In this document: one piece after another, positions 1 to 16,802 of the stretch
Position numbering within the stretch: position 1 is the first letter of the stretch
How the letters are laid out: every line of letters starts with the position of its first letter
Assembly: GCF_009914755.1 (NCBI RefSeq)
Contig: NC_060936.1
Origin: the human T2T-CHM13v2.0 reference genome, Homo sapiens
DNA length: 64,000 bases
Direction: 5' to 3' (one strand)
Made by a program: the position numbers and the translations under genes
Notes under the pieces: model-generated
What the model saw: only the letters and a program-made list of their open reading frames with translations
Database searches by the model: none
What the model was told of the DNA's origin: nothing

Positions 1-1395
<1,395 letters not shown>

Positions 1396-2718
1396 GTGGT
1401 TAGTCAAAAGATGAGAATAGCTAACCAATTTCTTTACAATAAATAAATAATTAAGTAAAAGTCAGAACAGTCATCTCAAGCACAGTTTCACTTAAGTACG
1501 CTTTAAGCAAAGGCCTTTGAGAAATATGATTCTGTTGGCAAGTCCATCCGTTTTTGGAGGTGGATGCAAAATATTCATTGAACGAATTCTGCAAATGCCA
1601 GTGCCATTTTTTATGACCATCTCATTTGGAGGAAAGGAATGCAACAGGTTATTTTAGTTTTTGCATTAATCTTAAATTTACTTTCTATATTCCAAAGCTG
1701 TGATATCCATACAAGCTTCAGATTTTGATTTAGCTTCCCTTATGTGTCTGTCTAGATCAAAATAACACTGGTCATGTGGCATTATGATTAATTAGCATCA
1801 TTCTCATGAGTTTTTTTTTAATATGAGCCCACTAAACAAAAAGAAATCTGCTTTTAGTGTGAAGACAAAATCAGATTTCAAATCTATAAGTAAGAAAGCT
1901 ATATTCTGAACTATGGAAAATCACCAGACAAATAAACATTAGAAGACAACCCGTTCCTAACAAGTGCTCTCCCTCTGTCTTTCTCTCTCTGATTCATTAT
2001 CTAACTTCCTCAAATTTTATAGTGTGTAGTTGATAAACCCTTATTTTATAGAACTGAAATATGCATAGATAAATGTAGTAAATCCTATATCTGATAAGGA
2101 ATATTTCCTTTGGTTGTCAATTCAGTCAGTCCTTTCATAAGCTTCATGAGTTCTACATAGGTGATTGGTAATCCAAAGATCATGACCTTATGTATAATAT
2201 AGGTATATATACATAAAATTTCCTAAATATATTCGCTAAAGTAGAGATTACATGCAATATTTCTCCCTGTTTGTAGTCTCATAAACTCACACAGTTGCTT
2301 TGTGATCTGGCCATTTTACCATTCATATATGCTGAGTGTTTCTGCAATCTTGACTAATTGATGATATTAAAGTGGAACAGCTAGGGAATCGTAGATAGCT
2401 GGATACAGTTGTAACCTAAATTTTTCTAAGTCTAAATTTCTCATTTTATATGTACAGTATGATTGAGACTCTTGAAAATAAAAGATTTCCATGACAAAAA
2501 AAAAGTCACTCCTAGAAAAATCAGAATAAAATTTATCCAAGGTGTTACACAAAATGTAATCACCCAAAGGGTCTCCCACTCACTCTTACCCTTTAGAACT
2601 TATTGCTGTTTCAGATGTTTTTCTTTGGAGGAACCAAAACTAGAAAAGTTACATGATAAATTATATTTAAATATAAATTTGTTACTAAAAGCTAAACAAG
2701 AATGATTCTGTACTTGAA

Positions 2719-2792
2719 TAATGATGACCACAATGACAACTGCAATAATGATGTTGATAAAGCTGATGACAATGATGATGACAGTGACAAAG
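2719..2792. repeat. degenerate (ATG/GAC)n trinucleotide tract
   Basis: atgatgaccacaatgacaac...gatgacaatgatgatgacagtgac. Confidence 0.6.
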
Positions 2793-3139
2793 GTAATGCA
2801 AGTATATTGTAATAAATTTTAAAAAATACTGAAGGTTATATAATAAAACATGAAACTCTCATTCCTGCCTCTAATGTCTACTTATCACCTAAAATCACTT
2901 TTCAGAATTATCTTTCTCCTATAATGTATCTTGTATATCACAAATAGATCTGCTTCATTCTTTTTAATAACCTCATATTCTCTTAAATAGATGTATTATA
3001 TTTACCCAATCAGTACTCTGTTCACCATATTTGTGTGAATTATAGTTCCCAGCATGTGGCAATAATGCGAAAAATATGGTTTTATAAACCTGTGTATTTG
3101 TTATATCATTTTTTGAGTAGTATGTCTGTGTTGTAACTG

Positions 3140-3560
3140 AATCTTGAGAAATACTTGCAACACATATGACAAGAGACTCAATACTTTAAATGAGGATAAG
3201 CTGCTACAAAGAACAAAGAAAATGAAAAAAAAACTCAACTGAAATATCGTAAAGGAGTATTAATAGATTCACCAAAAAATCCTAAATAAATGACCAATAT
3301 ACAAGTAAAAAATACTCAGCCTTTCTCATCTTTAAATAAGTGAAAATTTTTAAAAAAATTGTGTTTGTGTATGTGTGTTTGTGTGTGTGTGTATGTGTGT
3401 GTGTGTGTATGCATGTGTGTGAACTTAACAGATTGGCAAATACAAAAACATTTGTTACCACACAGAATTAGTAAAGTCTTGTCACAGCAGCTGTCTTACA
3501 TCTCTAATGTTGGAGGGCAGGCAATGTAATGCAATCTCTTTACATGACAGCAATATCTAT
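3140..3560 (+). mobile_element. ancient L1 (L1ME-like) ORF2 remnant containing a (TG)n tract
   Basis: gagaaatacttgcaacacatatgacaa... and ...acagattggcaaa resemble the L1 ORF2 3' region; highly diverged. Confidence 0.5.
3360..3421. repeat. (TG)n microsatellite, interrupted
   Basis: Read directly from the sequence. Confidence 0.95.
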
Positions 3561-4558
3561 ATGAAATTACAATTAGTACATTTATATTAAACTTTACTGG
3601 GACTTTAAATATGCTTTTTGGAGGATTAGGACAAAAAACTGTCAAAAAATTGCTGGAATATGAAACTCATGTCATAAGTATGTACAGCTGAGCTGTGGGG
3701 GGGGTGGGTATTCTGTTGATTTATGTATGAGTGCCGCATAAGTTCATTTCAATCACATTCAGTTTATTCACTTGGTTTCATTCTGAAGGAATGAATTCAT
3801 TCTGATCATTTTGTCTGTGGTTGAGAAAATTGAACTCTAACAGATTGCAGTCCCAGAAGAAATTGCCTAGTGTTAGAGCTGCAAGTAATTGCTAAACTCC
3901 CACGTGTCTCAGGGGAGAAAGTATGTCCTTGATTAGAAAAACATGCAAGGAAAAAGAGGCAGTAAGCTCATAGTTAATGGGCAAGATAGCATTCTGTGTT
4001 AAGTGCTTTAGAGCAACAAGGCATATTCTTCTCCATTTTTTACTAACTAGAGGATTAATTTATATTGCAAAAGAAATGTTAAAATTCTAATCATTCTTCA
4101 TCATTAAATAGGAATTCTATGTCTTCTTATTACCATACAGAAGGACATTTTAATTCAAATGAGGTAGATAAATAAATACATCCAAGGGACTTATTTAAAT
4201 TCACTTAATGTATACTTCTAAATTACATATTTCTGACAATACTGACACAAATTAAACAGGATATTTTACTATCCAATTATGATGAATCCTACAGTCAGAA
4301 AATCAATATGCTTTAGCAATATAAGCACTTAGACTCTTTCTGCTGTGCAAGAGACAATTAGTTCCATGTCTTTGAAGAAGAAAAAATATACGTATTTTGA
4401 TTTATTCACATAATTTTAGATCAGATTTTGATGATAAACCGATACATAACTTTTGTCAATTTAGGTCATCAGAGTGTATATATTAATTTGAAGTCACTTA
4501 ATATAGGACCAGAACAGAGTTAAGTTTAGATTGTGTGTGTTTGTGTGTGCACGCGCAT

Positions 4559-5046
4559 GAGATTGACCCTTGAACAACATGGGGGTAGGAGCTGTTAACC
4601 CCAGTGCAGCCAAAAAAACTGCATGTAAGTTTTGATACCCCATAAACTTAATTATTAATAGCTTACTGTTGACTGGAAGCCTGATATCATAGAAAATGGA
4701 TTAACTCATATTTTATATTATATCATGTTATATACTATATTCTTACAACAAAATAAGGTAGAGAAAAAAATGTCATTAAGGAAATCATAAAAAGTAGAAA
4801 ATTTATTTACCATGTGGAAGTGGATCACCATAAAGGTATTCATCCTCATTGTCTTCACATTGAGTAGACTGAAGAGGAGGAGAAAAAAGAGGTCTTGCTG
4901 TGTCACAGGTGGCAGAGGCAAAAGAGGTGGAGGAGGTGGAATGGGAGGCAAGAGAGGTAGGAGCACTTGATGTAATCGTTATTGAAAAAAGGATGTGTAT
5001 AATTGGGCCTATGCAGTTCAAATCTATGTTGTTCAGGGGTCAAATT
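4559..5046 (-). mobile_element. Tigger2a (MER28)-like non-autonomous DNA transposon
   Basis: Terminal inverted repeats (TIRs) gattgacccttgaacaacat and atgttgttcaggggtcaa; internal 'cactgttgactggaagcct'-type segment; QSTQCEDNEDEYLYGDPLP reading on the minus strand, typical of Tigger2. Confidence 0.88.
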
Positions 5047-5053
5047 TAGATAA

Positions 5054-5101
<48 letters not shown>

Positions 5102-5188
5102 GATAGATAGATAATGTAGATAGATGATAGATAGATAGATGATAGATAGGTAGATAGATAATGTAGATAGATAGACAGACAGACAGAC

Positions 5189-5236
<48 letters not shown>
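5047..5236. repeat. complex compound (TAGA)n/(CAGA)n tetranucleotide STR
   Basis: Read directly; about 190 bp with TGA, TAATG and CAGA interruptions. Confidence 0.97.
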
Positions 5237-7051
5237 TAGGCTTTAGCATAAACTGATGCATAATTTTTCTGGCAGCCTAGGTCATCAAGCCATACATATT
5301 AGTTTGAAGTCGCTTAATATATTGACTAGAACAGAGTTAATTTTAGAGAGAGAGACTGTGTGTGTGTGTGTGTGTAAGCTCAGACATAAACATACAGAAG
5401 TGAAATTGTTCACAAATATTACTACCTGCCCCTTGATACATTAAAGTGTAAGGTACTTATACAGTTAGACTTCATGTAAAGCAAGTTAAGCTTTTTACAG
5501 CCTTGTGATTGTGCCTTAACCTAATAACTCTCAAAGGAAATAGTGGATATAACTTAAATGAAGTGCCCTTCTAATGGTATTATTTTTCAGTAAGGTCAAG
5601 AAAAGGTTACGTATGTATTATAGTGGGTGCATATAGAGTTACATCTATATCTACTGAAACAGAAATAAAAGAAATGTTTTGGTTAAATTGGAGACTAAAT
5701 GACCATAACTTTCCTGTGGAATGCCTCAATAATTAAAACTAAGACTTCTTTGTTATTCTAAGTATTGATTCTTGCAAATATTTTTATTTAAAAGACCAAT
5801 ATTGCTTAGTACATTGTACATAATACTTCATGTGATTCGTTCCAAAAACAAATACACCAGGAAGAAAATAGTATTACATTTCTTTTTCACAGTAAGAAAA
5901 TTAAGCTTTATTGATAGTAGAGAATTTCCTCAATCTTGTAGAACTGGCAAATGAGAAAGTGAATTTTATCAAAATATAATGTAAACTTTTCCAAGAAATA
6001 TAAATGCAATAAGAAAAAATATATTAAAAAGTTAACAACAGGATATAAGACTACTCTATTTTTTCAAGATCTTAAATAGAAACCTAGCCTTGCCATAGTA
6101 TTCTTTCATGTCTGCTATCCATTTTGAGAATCATGGAAATATTAAATGCTTTAAAATACAAAATTGATACATTCAACTAATGATTAAATAAACCCAAGGC
6201 TTTGTATTACAGTCATACATAATTTTATCACACTTCACTTCACTTGTAGATGTTACTTTTTTTTTTACAAATTGAAGAGTTTGTTGCAACCCTCCATTGA
6301 ACAATTCTATGATGCCGTTTTTCCAACAGCATGTGCTCACTTTATGTCTCTGTCACATTTTGGTAATTCTCACAATATTTCCAACTTTTTTGTTATTATT
6401 ATATCTGTTATGGTGATCTCTGATCAATGATCTTTGATCTTCGATGTTATTTTTGTAATCGTTTTAGGGTGACATGAGCCGTACCCATATAAGACAGTAA
6501 ACTTTGAGAACAAGTAAAACTTTATTAATATTTGTTCTCACTGCCCCATCAACCAGCTGTTTCCCAATCTCTCTTTCTCTTGGGCTTCCCTAGTACTTGA
6601 CATACAACAATATTGAAATTAGGCCAATTAGCAACCCTATAATGATCTCTAAGGGTTGAAGTAAAAGAAAGATTTTCACATTTCTCACTTTAAGTCAAAG
6701 CTAGACATGAGTAAGCTTAGTAAGGAAAACACACCAAAACCCAAAACAGGCTGAAAGGTAGGCCTCTTGTGACAAATAGCCAATATGTGAATAGAAGGTA
6801 AAACTTTTTGAAGGGAATGAAAAGGGCTACTCCAATGAATGCATTAATAATAAGAACATTAAACAGCCTTATTGGTGATATGAAGAAAGTTTTAGTGGTC
6901 TGGGTTAGAGGTTGGCTCATGAAGTTTAAGAAAAAGTCATCTCCATAACATAAAATTGAAAGTGGAATCAGCAAGTTCTGATGTAGAAGCTGCAGCAAGT
7001 TATCCAGAAGATCTAAGATCATTGATGAAGATAGCTACACTAAACAACATA

Positions 7052-7368
7052 TTTTTTTCTCTCAAATAAGGTCTTTCTCTTTCGCACAGGGAAGAGTACA
7101 GTGGCATGACCACAGCTCATACAGCCTCAACCCCCTGGGCTTAAGAGATCCTCCCACCTCAGTCTCTCAGTCACTCAAGTAGCTAGCTGAGTCTTGCAAG
7201 TGCATGCCACCACACCCACACACCCAGCTATTTTTTTTTTTTTTTTCAGAGATGTAGTATTACTATGTTGTTGCCCAGGCTGGTCTTGAATTTCTGCGCT
7301 CAAGCAGTCCTCCCACTTTGGCCTCCCAAAATGCTGGGATTATGGGTGTGCACCATCAGGCCTGGGCC
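7052..7368 (-). mobile_element. AluJ inserted in Tigger1
   Basis: cacagctcatacagcctcaacc, ctcaagcagtcctcccac, ends cctgggcc; degenerate TSD catattttt / cagattttt. Confidence 0.9.
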
Positions 7369-7608
7369 AGATTTTTAATGTAGAAGAAATAGCCTTATCT
7401 TAAAAGAAGATGCCATCCAGGACTGTCATATCTATGAAGGAAAAGTCAATGCCTGAATTCAAAGCTTCAAAGGACAGGCTGGGCTGACTCTCTTGTTAAG
7501 GGCTAATGCAGCTAACGATTTTAAGTTTAAGTCATTGCTCATTTACCATTCTGGAAATCCTATAGCTCTTAAAAATAATGCTAAATGTACTCTGCATGTG
7601 CTGTATAA

Positions 7609-7938
7609 ATGGAAAACAAAACCTGGATAACAGCACACCTGTTTACAGTGTGGTTTATTGAATATTTAAAGTCCACCATTGAGACCTACTGCTCAGAAAA
7701 AGAGATTCCTTTCAAAATATTACTGCTCATTGACAATGTTCCTGGTCACCCAAGAGCTCTGATGGTGATGTACAAAGAGATTAATGTTATTTTCATGCCT
7801 GCTGACACATTCGCTCTGCAGCCCATTGATCAAGACTTTCAAGTCTTATTATTTAAGAAATATAATTTTAAGACTATATCTTCTATAGAGAGAGAATCCA
7901 CTGATAGATCAAGGCAAAGTATATTGAAAACCTTCTAG
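7609..7938 (+). pseudogene. Tigger1 transposase fragment (DDE domain), disrupted
   Basis: KTWITAHLFTVWF...FKILLLIDNVPGHPRAL matches the Tigger1/TIGD1-type DDE motif; adjacent sequence has stops and frameshifts. Confidence 0.85.
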
Positions 7939-9614
7939 AAAGAATTCATTTTTATAAATGGCACTAAGAACATTTATGATTTGTGAATGGAGGTCAAAAT
8001 ATAAGTATGAATAGGAGTTTGAAATAAGTTGATTCCAACCCTCATAGACAATTTTGAGACTTTCAAGTCGGCAGTGGAGGAAGTAATCATGGATGTGGTA
8101 AAAATGGCAAGGGAACTAGAGCTAGAAGATTTGACTGAATTGTTGAAATCTCATGATCACACGTAAATAGATGAGGAATTGCTTCTTACGGATGAACAAA
8201 GAAAGTGCTTTTTTGAGATGAAACAAACTGCTGGTAAAGATGCTATGAACAGTTTCAAATTGACAACAAAAAATTTAGAATAAACATAATTGATAAAGCT
8301 GTGGCAGGATTGGAGAGGATTGGTTCCAATTTTGAAAGTTCTATTGTGGGTAAAATGCTATATAACATCATCACATGCTATAGAGAAATCTGTTGTAAAA
8401 GGAAGAGTAAATAGATGTGGCAAACTTCATTGTTTTTTGATTTTAAGAAATTACCATAGCCACTCCAGCTTTCAGCAGCCACCACCCTGATCAGTCAGCA
8501 GACATCAACATTGAGGCAAGACCTTCCACCAACAAAAAAAATTCAACTCACTGAAGGCCCAAATGATTGGTAGCATTTTTAGCAATAAAGTATTTTTTAA
8601 TTAAAGTAGGTATATTGGTTTTTTAAATGTAATGCTATTGCACACATAATAGACTACAGTGTAGTAGAAAACATAACTTTTATATACACAGGGAAATTAA
8701 AAAATGTGTGGTTATCTTTATTGTGATATTCACTTTATTGTTGTTGTCTGGAGCCTAACCCACATTATCTCCTATGTATGCCTCTACTTAAAATTTCAAA
8801 GACAAACTTATTTCACATTTTTAATCACTTAGAGGTTTTGGTATATAAGCAATGGTTATAACTCTGGCTAACTTCATAAAAAGGGCTTAAATATTCGGAA
8901 TCTATCATAAGTTCTCAGGATTTATGGGAGACAGAACAAACAGGTACCAAGGAAGCTCCAGAAGCAACAGTCCTACTTTTATTGTTACTTTCTTTCCATA
9001 TAGACACAACTGTTTTAGACCACAATTTGCTTAAAGTAACCAAGGACAGTATGACTTTTATAGCAAATATGTAATAGTAATAATTAGGACAAGGAAATAA
9101 TCAAAATAATAAGAGCTAATTATAATTATATTTTACTATATTCAACACTCTAAATACTCTCCGTGAATTATTTCATTTACTTTTTAAAGAATGTATGAAA
9201 AGGTTATTATCCCATGAATAAATTATCTGTATTCTTGGGTATCAAGTTTTACCACCTTGGAAGAAAAAAGTTACTCCTAATTTAAGCTATGGGTCAGCCC
9301 TTTGGCTATGCTTGGATAGAGAATGATAGAAACTGTCCTCTCTGGCTTCTATTATGTGATACAGACCTTACCTTTGACCAAAATACAAAATGGGATGAGT
9401 AAATACTATTGGAAAGAGGTCTTTTTACGATGGAAAAAAAAACATATACATGTTTACTATAATTAACTTTCAAGTTATTTTATAATTTTTATTAATAAAT
9501 CTATTGATCAGAAAGTAGAGGAAATGTCTCGGTTAACTTTATGTGCTCATCACTGTATTAATAAATATCTATAGAATAACATATGAGGGAGAAAGAAGGA
9601 CAAAAAGTCAAGGT

Positions 9615-9800
9615 CTTGAAGCACCTATTATTTACACAGGGCACTTCAGCTATTTCCTTCAGTTATAACAATCAACTTATAAGGCAAATTTATTATCCAA
9701 CATTTGTTGACAGTAAACGTGATTGGCAACATGTAGTAAAATTAATTTTCTTGCCTCAAGTCACTATAGGGCAGAATTTTGAATCCAGCAAGTCTGTATG
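9615..9800 (-). mobile_element. MIR remnant
   Basis: ttgaagcacctatta...ttattatccaacattt...cttgcctcaagtcac...tttgaatccagcaagtctg. Confidence 0.55.
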
Positions 9801-10216
9801 AAGGAGTGTAACACATGATATATTACTACTAAGACTTAAATGCTTCTTGTGATAACAAGATACACACACCTGCAATGCCAACCATGTCACTGTCATAAAT
9901 ATTTTTCATATCTTGTTCTTCATTAACATTAGCAGCAGCTTGTTTTAGTTAACTTTCCATATTTTTCTCCCACCTTTTCAAATTATAAAGAATTCATCTT
10001 TGTAGCCTTTTCTTGGAAAAAGGTGGAGGCATGTTATCCGGGCCCCACCTATCATATTCAAATAAGTGAGACCTTTGTTTTGATTCTGGGATTTGTTCAG
10101 GGCAAGTAAGCATTGCCTTTTCCAGAATAGCCTCAATGTTTTTAAAACATTGTCCCTGTCAGCATAGACTTCAAAACAGACACTTTGGTCTTCCAAGGTT
10201 TTCTAAACTCTCTAAT

Positions 10217-10239
10217 TATCTATCTATCTGTCTATTATC

Positions 10240-10287
<48 letters not shown>
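10217..10287. repeat. (TCTA)n microsatellite
   Basis: Read directly from the sequence. Confidence 0.95.
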
Positions 10288-11437
10288 ATTTGTCCACCTA
10301 TCCATTTCCCTCAAATGCTTAAATGAAATACAATTGGTTATAATATTTGCTACTAAGAGGCTGGGTTAGTCAAGGGAAAGCACATAATTGAGTGCTAAAC
10401 TTCATGATGCACACTACTAAGAATTGCCAAACCTGAAGGGAAAGTGAAATGTTAGGGGAGGTTTCACAACAGAATTGAAAATTTACTGGATCTCTGAAAA
10501 ACTGGTGGAGTTTAGGATGGATCCCAGGTAAAGAAAAAAAATGGATCCCAGGTAAAGAAAATATTATGAAAAGCAAAAATGTAAAATTTTTATAATTAAT
10601 GTATAAGCAAATGTGCCTAAATAAAAATCATAAGGATCAGTGTAAAGTATAATCTAGAATTAAGCTTAATAAATGAAATATAAACAAATTTGGGAGACTC
10701 TAGGAAAGAAAATTTAGCATTGATATTTATGAAGTACAAAGTTAACTTTAGAGAGCTTGACAAAATATAAGAGGAGATACAATGTAGTGTAACAAATAAT
10801 TAATGGGGATCGGGAGTTTTTAAGATCATACTAAGTATTACAGAAGTCATGGGACAGTAGTTCCACTTATGTGAGCTATTATATCCTTATCTGAGAAAAG
10901 AGGATGTCATGTAACACAATCTAGAATTCCTTTTCAATGTATGATGCTGTGATTGAAGTTCTCTTAAAGGAAGATTAGTACAATAGAATAAGTGGATATA
11001 AGTAGAGGCAAGAGTCATTCAATTCATCACTGTGTTTGTTGTAATGATCCTACAACAAGGTCCATAAGTAGGCCTTACTTTCCATTGATACACAAAATGG
11101 GAAGACTGAATACTCTTAGAAAGAGGATTTGTATGATGAAAAACAAAACAAATATGTGCTTGCTGTGATGATCTTAGACAAGGATAGATACAGAAGGATT
11201 AAGAAGAAGGTAATGTAAGGAGAAACCTACATTTTTTGTCTTACTGGATAAATTAAAATATGATTTTATTGCAAGACAGGGAATTTGAGGGAGAGAATTA
11301 ATTTGCATGAAGATTGTAAATTTTAACATAAGAATATCAATTCTGAGAATTGGATTTTTTAGGGCTATTTTAATTGGAATGTTCAACAAATAATAAGAAA
11401 ATAACTTTCATTTATTTCATGCTAGGTTTAAAAATTG

Positions 11438-11576
11438 TTTTTATTCTTTATTTTTTAAATAGGGATAGGGTCTCTCTATTTTGCCCAGCTGGTTGCAAAC
11501 TCCAGGGCTCAAGAAATCCTCCTGCCTTAGCCTTCCAAAGGGCTAGGTTTACAGGCATGAGCCACCACACCCAGCC
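11438..11576 (-). mobile_element. FLAM / Alu left monomer
   Basis: T-rich tail followed by aactccagggctcaagaaatcctcctgcc...gagccaccacacccagcc; a single monomer. Confidence 0.88.
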
Positions 11577-11813
11577 TTATACTAGTTTTTATAATAAAAT
11601 ATTAATTTCCCATTTATAGTACATTCTTTAGCCCCCATAGAAGCAAGACAGAGTCCTCAATATAGTCTGTTATTTCAAGGAATGACATTATTATTCCCTA
11701 AATTATGAATTGCCCTAGAATCCCCAAATGGCACAAGGGAAAAACAAAAACAAAAACAACAACCACTAGACCATGTCATCCTTTTAAAGTGTTTCATTTG
11801 ATTGAAATACTCT

Positions 11814-14411
<2,598 letters not shown>

Positions 14412-14598
14412 AATCTTTATTATTTATTTTGTATTTCTAGCATTTATGTAATAAAATTATCACAATCAGGTCACTTTTGTACTTAGACTCAAAGTATTAG
14501 AAAAAAATCTTGAAATTTATATACCTAAGAAACATTTTTTTTACTGTAAGCATATATAGAAGATTTGTGATTATGTTTTGAAAACTTTTATTTTACAT

Positions 14599-14735
14599 AT
14601 GTATGTATGTATGTATGTATGTTTTATAGATATTATATTTGAGGCTGGTCTCAAACTCCTGGTCTCAAGTGATCCCCCCACCTTGGCCTCTCAAAGTGCT
14701 GGGATTAAAAGCAGGAACCTTCCCTCTCTGCCTGA
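14599..14735 (-). mobile_element. Alu monomer fragment with a (TATG)n tail
   Basis: aggctggtctcaaactcctggtctcaagtgatcc...caaagtgctgggatta. Confidence 0.8.
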
Positions 14736-15109
14736 ACATTTTAAAATAAGTATTTCCAACTATAGATTCTGAATCACTAAAGGGACCTTGAGAGTCTCAT
14801 AGACCTAATTATAATCACCCTGAAGAGATAGTTTTCTTGTTTTTTAGATTTTCAGGGAAAAAATTTACAAATTGCCTTTATTTATTTGTGCTAATACTCT
14901 TGGATGGCATAAAATTCTTGTATACACACAAAAATGTCTTTGTTCTTCGAGTTGAGGCCAGTTACTTTTTTCTGTTCTCAGAGACAACTAAGAGTTATTA
15001 ATCACTAACCTTCATAATATTGTCCTTCAAATAAAGGTGATTATGAGATCATTATTTTTATGATGGAATAAATAATACTAATTTCTACTTCTATCCCCAT
15101 AAAAATCTG

Positions 15110-15385
15110 AAGAACTCATAAGAATTGTCAATAGACATATTAGAAACCTTCCAACTTCACTAGTCATTGAAGTATAGTAAATTACACTGAAAGCAAGATG
15201 TCTGTTTTCACTATCAAAATGGCCACCCCTCTTCTTTTTTTGCACATTCACAGTCAATGCTGATAAAGATGTAGTAAATACCCTTGAACCTCTGAGGTGG
15301 GAAGTATGATACTATTGTGCAACCTTTCTAGTAAGCAATTTCTTTAAAGTTATTCATCATTGTCTCTGGTTCCACTTCCAGGGAT
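15110..15385 (+). mobile_element. ancient L1ME-like remnant, apparently resuming near 16490
   Basis: tcaatagacatatt...caacttcactagtcat...; ttccacttccagggatat. Confidence 0.5.
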
Positions 15386-15391
15386 ATGAGT

Positions 15392-16483
15392 TGTCTTACA
15401 TCAGCTTCCATAACACTTACATTTTCTTAAGTGCATGTTTGACTTAAATTAGAAATCAAGCCTGAGAAGAGATTTGGGTGTAATAATTTATTGACTCTTT
15501 TGACTTTTTAATTATGGCCATTCTTCAAGAGTAAGGTGGCATCTCATTGTGGACTTAATTTTCATCTGGATGTGGTGAAACGGGAACAATTTACACTGCT
15601 GGTGGGAATGTGTAAACTAATACAACCACTAGGGAAAACAATATGGAGATTCCTTAAAGAACTAAAAGTAGAACTATCACTCGATCCAGCAATCCCACTA
15701 CTGGGTATCTACCCAAAGGAAAAAAAGTCATTATATGAAAAAGACACATGCACACAAATGTTTATAGCAGCACAATTCGCAATTGCAAATATGGAACCAA
15801 CTTAACTGCCCATCAACGAACGAGTGGATGAAGAACATGTGGTATATATACACCATGAAATACTACTTAGCCATAAAAAGGAATAAACTAATGTCTTTTG
15901 CAGCAACTTGGATGGACCTCAAGACCATTATTCTAACTGAAGTAACTCAGGAACGGAAAACCAAATATCATATGTTCTCACTTACAAATGGGAGCAAAGT
16001 TATAAGGATGCAAATGCATAAGAATGATATAATGGACTTCGAGGACTTAGATGCGGAAGGGTGGGAGGGGATTGAGGGATAAAAGACTACATATAGAGTA
16101 CAGTGTACACTGGTCGGGTGACAGGTACACCAAAATCTCAGAAATCACCACGAAAGAACATCCATGTGTCCAAAACCTACGTGTACCCCCCAAAAATTTG
16201 AAATAAAAATATAAATTAGTTATAAAATAATACTAATAATTTATTGACTCAATGTAGGAAGAGAAACAGTATGGGAATAGAGAAAGAGCCAAAAGGGGGT
16301 AAAGATTCATCTAAGGTAAAGTCTGTACCTGGCGCTCCTGAGATGCCATCTTAGCTGCCAGTACCAGGAGCTGGGGAAGGGCTAAAGTTGAACATTAGGA
16401 ACCAACACTCATATTTATGGGGAGATGGGCACATTGGCCCAATAAAGAGGATTCAGTCAGTATACCAAAACAGATCTACCGCA
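15392..16483 (-). mobile_element. old ERVL LTR (LTR16-like), split by an L1PB insertion
   Basis: aagcctgagaagagatttgggtgtaataatttattg... continues after the L1 TSD and ends atctaccgca. Confidence 0.45.
15498..16233 (+). mobile_element. L1PB1-like 5'-truncated LINE-1 with a 5' inversion (about 15498-15567 antisense)
   Basis: Perfect 17-bp TSD taataatttattgactc at 15481-15497 and 16234-16250; ORF2 C-terminus (IWRFLKELKVEL..DPAIPLLGIYP); L1PB1-type 3' UTR (ggataaaagactac..., aaaatctcagaaatcaccac). Confidence 0.93.
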
Positions 16484-16802
16484 TAGTTTTGGAAATAATC
16501 ACAAATGTGTACTTAAGATTTTGTGTATAGATGGTCACTACACTGTTAACACTAATTAAAAATTGGTTTTTGGTTCTTATATTGTTTTTTCTTTTAAGTA
16601 GTACAACTTTTTTAGTTCAGTAGTATAAGATCTCTATTAATTTGGAATAAAGGATAAATGGAAGAAAAAAATATGAAAACAAGATAGACTTTCATCTCAC
16701 AAATTTAGTTATTAAGCTGATATTTTTAAATTAAATTGCTAATATATTAAATTACACAAAAACGAAGAATTTAATATGTCTCATATTTGTGTTGTTTTGT
16801 AT

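Larger units (their letters stand above)
6210..8784 (+). mobile_element. Tigger1 DNA transposon, near full length, with an internal deletion near 6905 and an AluJ insertion
   Basis: TA-flanked ends (ta|cagtcatac ... gtatgcctc|ta); Tigger1 5' sequence ttccaacagcatgtgctcacttt; degenerate pogo-type transposase inside. Confidence 0.95.

Noticed and set aside
3789-3802. Perfect 14-bp palindrome gaatgaattcattc
   Set aside because: A few palindromes of this length are expected by chance in 64 kb of AT-rich DNA.
4458-4468. RORE-like AATTTAGGTCA (similar site at 32342-32352)
   Set aside because: Isolated motif matches are common in AT-rich DNA and have no supporting context.
5047-5236. Identification as forensic locus D21S11 or DYS389
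   Set aside because: The interruption pattern and flanks do not match those loci as I recall them.
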